DNA of 64,000 bases from Mobula hypostoma (taxonomy: Eukaryota), in contig NC_086108.1 in assembly GCF_963921235.1 (NCBI RefSeq), forward strand, positions 99,450,001 through 99,514,000, read 5' to 3'. Positions 60,451 to 64,000 of this stretch are shown piece after piece. Position numbers and translations under genes: made by a program. The notes below the pieces were generated by a model. That model made no database searches. It was given only the letters and a program-made list of their open reading frames with translations, and was not told the DNA's origin. Position 1 is the stretch's first letter. Every line of letters starts with the position of its first letter.

Positions 60451-61549
60451 GGGCGTAGCAGTTAGCGCGATGCGGTTAAAGCTCTGGGCATTATGGAGTT
60501 CAGAGTTCAATTCCAACGTCATTCTGCAAGGAATCTCTGTACGTCCTCCCTGTGGAATGATGGATTTTCACCGGGTTCTCCAGTTTCCTCCCACAGTCCA
60601 AAGACTTACTGGGTAGTTTAATTAGTCATTATAAATTGTCCCATCATTAAGTTAACGCTAATTAGGTTTTTCAGGGATGCTGGTGTAATGCCCTGGTTAA
60701 GCTTTCTACTGCTATGCTGTGGGGTATTTCATTTAGTAGCTTTCTATGGAAGCAGTGTGTCCTGCTGATAGGATGTTTTGGTTTTGGCTAAAGATAAGGA
60801 GACATGTTGTTCAACTTAGGAAAGTGGTGGCAACCAATCAGGAAGATGAAATCGGGGGAAGATTCTGAGAGAGCTGGACGGAAAGAGATTTGTGATGGAC
60901 ACTGGTGGGGTTTGTGGTCTTTTGGTGGAAGATGCAGAGAAGAGAAGATCAGGTGAGATGGCCATAGGATTCCATCTGACAGGCAGATGAGATTGCAAGG
61001 AATGCTTCGCGAGACGAAGGTGTCGAAGATGGAAAACTTTACTGGTCATTCGTGATGGAAATTCAGTGCCACGAGTAATGGTTACTCATTTGGAAGATAC
61101 AAACTCCAGTGGTCGTGTGCACATTTAGACTGGATTAACTGTAATGGGCCCTTTTATTTTTTTCTTTTTTTTTACTATTTGATAAAGCTGAAATTAGCAA
61201 ATATACTTCTTCATGATTTTATGTGGTGTACGATCTGTTACTTCTTGCAGACTGATAATTGTGTACGGGTAGTATATACACAGCATTTGCTCAAATCGAA
61301 GTTTCTTTAATCGGAACATCATAACATTCCTGTTTGGTTGAACCCCAAATCATACCGACCCTGGCCGTGTATTTTTTGTGAAAGGTGGCCTTCACACTGC
61401 TGAGTCAGGAGGCTGATAGCAGAGTTCGCTGTTGAGCCAAGTTTGCATACGAGCCTGGTAAGGGGGTTACATTGGGATAGTGAGGTTCAAAGGACCTGCA
61501 GGGCCTGCTCGTTACTTGGCACTGTATTGTGGTATAAATAAATAAATAA
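60451..61549 (+). mobile_element. V-SINE split by a solo LTR
   Basis: Head GGGCGTAGCAGTTAGCGCG, V-domain at about 60560-60605, and (TAAA)n tail at about 61533-61549. Confidence 0.75.
60684..61471. mobile_element. Solo LTR
   Basis: TGTAATGCCC...GGGGTTACA inverted termini. Flanks CTGG / TTGG form a 4-bp TSD with one mismatch. It interrupts a V-SINE. Confidence 0.75.
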
Positions 61550-62136
61550 GTTTATGCAATGGATTTAATTTGAAGGCTAATTCTTAAAAAATAGACTGGT
61601 TCTGTAAATTAACTAGTTTATTATTGTCACATGCACAAAGACACAGTGCAAAACTGCTTTTGCATAACATTGATACAAATCATTTAAAAATACCAATGCA
61701 TCAAAGTCAAAGGAAATTTTCAAAGTAAAATTTATTATCAGCGTGCAAACATGCCTCCACATACAGCCCTGAGGTTCCTTTTCCTGCGGGCATACTCAGC
61801 AAATCTATAGAATAGTAACTGTAAACAGGATCAATGAACAACAAACTGTGCAAATGCAATTATAAATAAATAGCAAAAAAATAATGAGTATGAAATAACA
61901 AGTTAGTACAAAGAGCAGAATAGTGTGAGAGGAAGTGCAGTGCAGGTAGAGGATAAGGCACTGTAAAATTACAAAAGTAGCTGAGAGATAAGTTGTCATA
62001 TTTATGAAACTAACAGAGGCATGGCACAAATCAACAGAAACCATGGCAATGCAGAAATGCCCAGGGGTCATCCTGCCTCAAAACAAGTCACTGGGTAACT
62101 CATTGATCAGTATCAGTACATGCTATTAAAATAGCT

Positions 62137-62823
62137 AACAACAGGAATTCTGCAGATGCTGGAAATTCAAGCAACACACATCAAAGTTGCTGGTGAACGC
62201 AGCAGGCCAGGCAGCATCTGTAGGAAGAGGTGCAGTCGACGTTTCAGGCCGAGATCCTTCGTCAGGACTAACTGAAGGAAGAGTGAGTAAGGGATTTGAA
62301 AGTTGGAGGGGGAGGGGGAGATCCAAAATGATAGAAGAAGACAGGAGGGGGAGGGATAGAGCCAAGAGCCTAAATAAGCATTGTCAACCTTTTTTTCCCT
62401 GATGGATAAAGCAATTAGGTGTTATAGCTCGGCCCCACCTCCCCCTCGTACCCCATCTGTTACTTATTTTTATGCACACATTCTTTCTCTCACTCTCCTT
62501 TTTCTCCCTCTGTCCCTCTGAATATACCTCTTGCCCATCCTCTGGGTCCCCCCTCCCTTGTCTTTCTTCCCGGACCTCCTGTCCCATGATCCTCTTTTAT
62601 CTCTTTTGCCTATCACCTGTCCAGCTCTTGGCTCCATCCCTCCCCCTCCTGTCTTCTCCTATCATTTTGGATCTCCCCCTCCCCCTCCAACTTTCAAATC
62701 CTTTACTCACTCTTCCTTCAGTTAGTCCTGAGGAAGGGTCTCGGCCTGAAACGTCGACTGCACCTCTTCCTAGAGATGCTGCCTGGCCTGCTGTGTTCAA
62801 CAGCAACTTTGATGTGTGTTGTT
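62137..62823. mobile_element. Palindromic Penelope insertion: minus arm 62137-62369, captured 64-bp filler, plus arm 62431-62823
   Basis: 13-bp TSD TATTAAAATAGCT at 62124-62136 and 62824-62836. Arms match 30311-30704. Hammerhead motifs at 62234-62269 (-) and 62724-62759 (+). Confidence 0.93.
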
Positions 62824-63049
62824 TATTAAAATAGCTGTTACTTTGCCTGCAGATTCCAGGCCATTAATTCATTCAAACATGGACCACCAGTAAAACAGCT
62901 GGACTTTAAAGTTCATTAAGAATTAGCAGATACTAAACCTGAAAATTCAGCCGAGCTATAACACCTAATTGCTTTATCCATCGGGGAGAAAAAGGTTGAC
63001 AATGCTTATTTAGAAGAAGCGCCGCTCACGTAGGTGAACCCTGACATTA

Positions 63050-63812
63050 AGACCATAAGATATAGGAGCAGAATTAGGCCATTTGGCCCAGTCTGCTCTA
63101 CTATTTCATCATGGCTGATCCATTTTTCCCTCTCAGCCCCAATCTCCTGCCTTCTCCCCATTTCCCTCATGCCTTGACCAATCAAGAAACTATCAACCTC
63201 TGCCTTAAATATACATAAAGCCTTGGCCTCTACAGCCTCCCGTGGCAAAAAAATCCTCAGATTCACCACTCTCTGGCTAAAGAAATTCCTCCTCATCTCC
63301 ATTCTAAAGGGACGCTCCTCTGTTCTGAGTTGTGTCCTCTGGTCCTAGACTCTCCCACCACAGAAAACATCCACTCCACGTTCATACTGTCGATGCCGTT
63401 CAATAGGTTTCAATTAGGTCACTCTCATTCTTCTGAATTCTAGTGAATACAAGCCCAGACATTATTCATATGACAAACCATTCAATCCTGGAATGATTTT
63501 CGTGAACCTCCTTTGAACTCTCTCCAGCACGTCCATTCTATGATAAGGGGGCGCAAAACTGCTCACAATACAACAAGTGAGGCCTCACCAGTGCTTTTTA
63601 AAGCCTCAACATTTCATCCTTGCTCTTATATACTAGTCGTCCTGAAGTGAATGCTATCTTCGCATTTGCCTCCCTCACCACAGACTCAACCAGCAAGTTA
63701 ACCTTTAGGGAATCCTACACAAGGACTCCCAAGTCCCTTTGTACCTCAATTTTTTAAAAATTTTCTCTCCATTTAGAAAACAGTCAACCCTTTTATTTCT
63801 TCTACCAAATAG
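63050..63812 (-). mobile_element. CR1 3' portion
   Basis: AGACCATAAGA tail and EMRRNFFSQRVVNL motif. Confidence 0.9.
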
Positions 63813-64000
63813 TTAAAAAAATCTCAGTTGTATTCAGGACACCAAAGAGGAAAGAAAAGATAGCAGAGGCAGAGATACAGCTCACAATCGGCACTTCTTG
63901 TTACTGCATGCGTAGCGGGTTTCTACTTCTGAAAATTATCCATTACAATTGTATCAATATTTTTATATTTTGAGAGACAGGATGTGGAGATGCCATCAGA

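Overview
This is eukaryotic vertebrate non-coding DNA made up mostly of transposable-element debris. The repeat set (CR1 LINEs with 8-mer tails, V-SINEs, Neptune-type Penelope elements, Rex1-like LINEs) suggests a cartilaginous fish, probably a ray; this is inference. I could not identify any host gene. The long ORFs are all CR1 ORF2 (3717-6395, 25769-27820, 54830-55711). A decayed Gypsy provirus (about 19.6-28.7 kb) contains a hAT/Buster transposon, which itself holds three further inserts, plus two CR1 pieces. Also present are two solo LTRs, a Tc1 derivative, RTE and L1 fragments, and several SINE families. The four most interesting signals are: (1) tandem -1 slippery heptamers G_GGU_UUA / U_UUA_AAC exactly at the ORF1-stop/ORF2 overlap in two CR1 copies, suggesting programmed ribosomal frameshifting; (2) minimal hammerhead ribozyme motifs in many Penelope termini; (3) a TSD-flanked palindromic Penelope insertion that captured an inverted 64-bp copy of nearby downstream DNA; (4) a tRNA-SINE with the same two-3'-ends structure. 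All calls were made by eye without database searches, and boundaries of old repeats are approximate.
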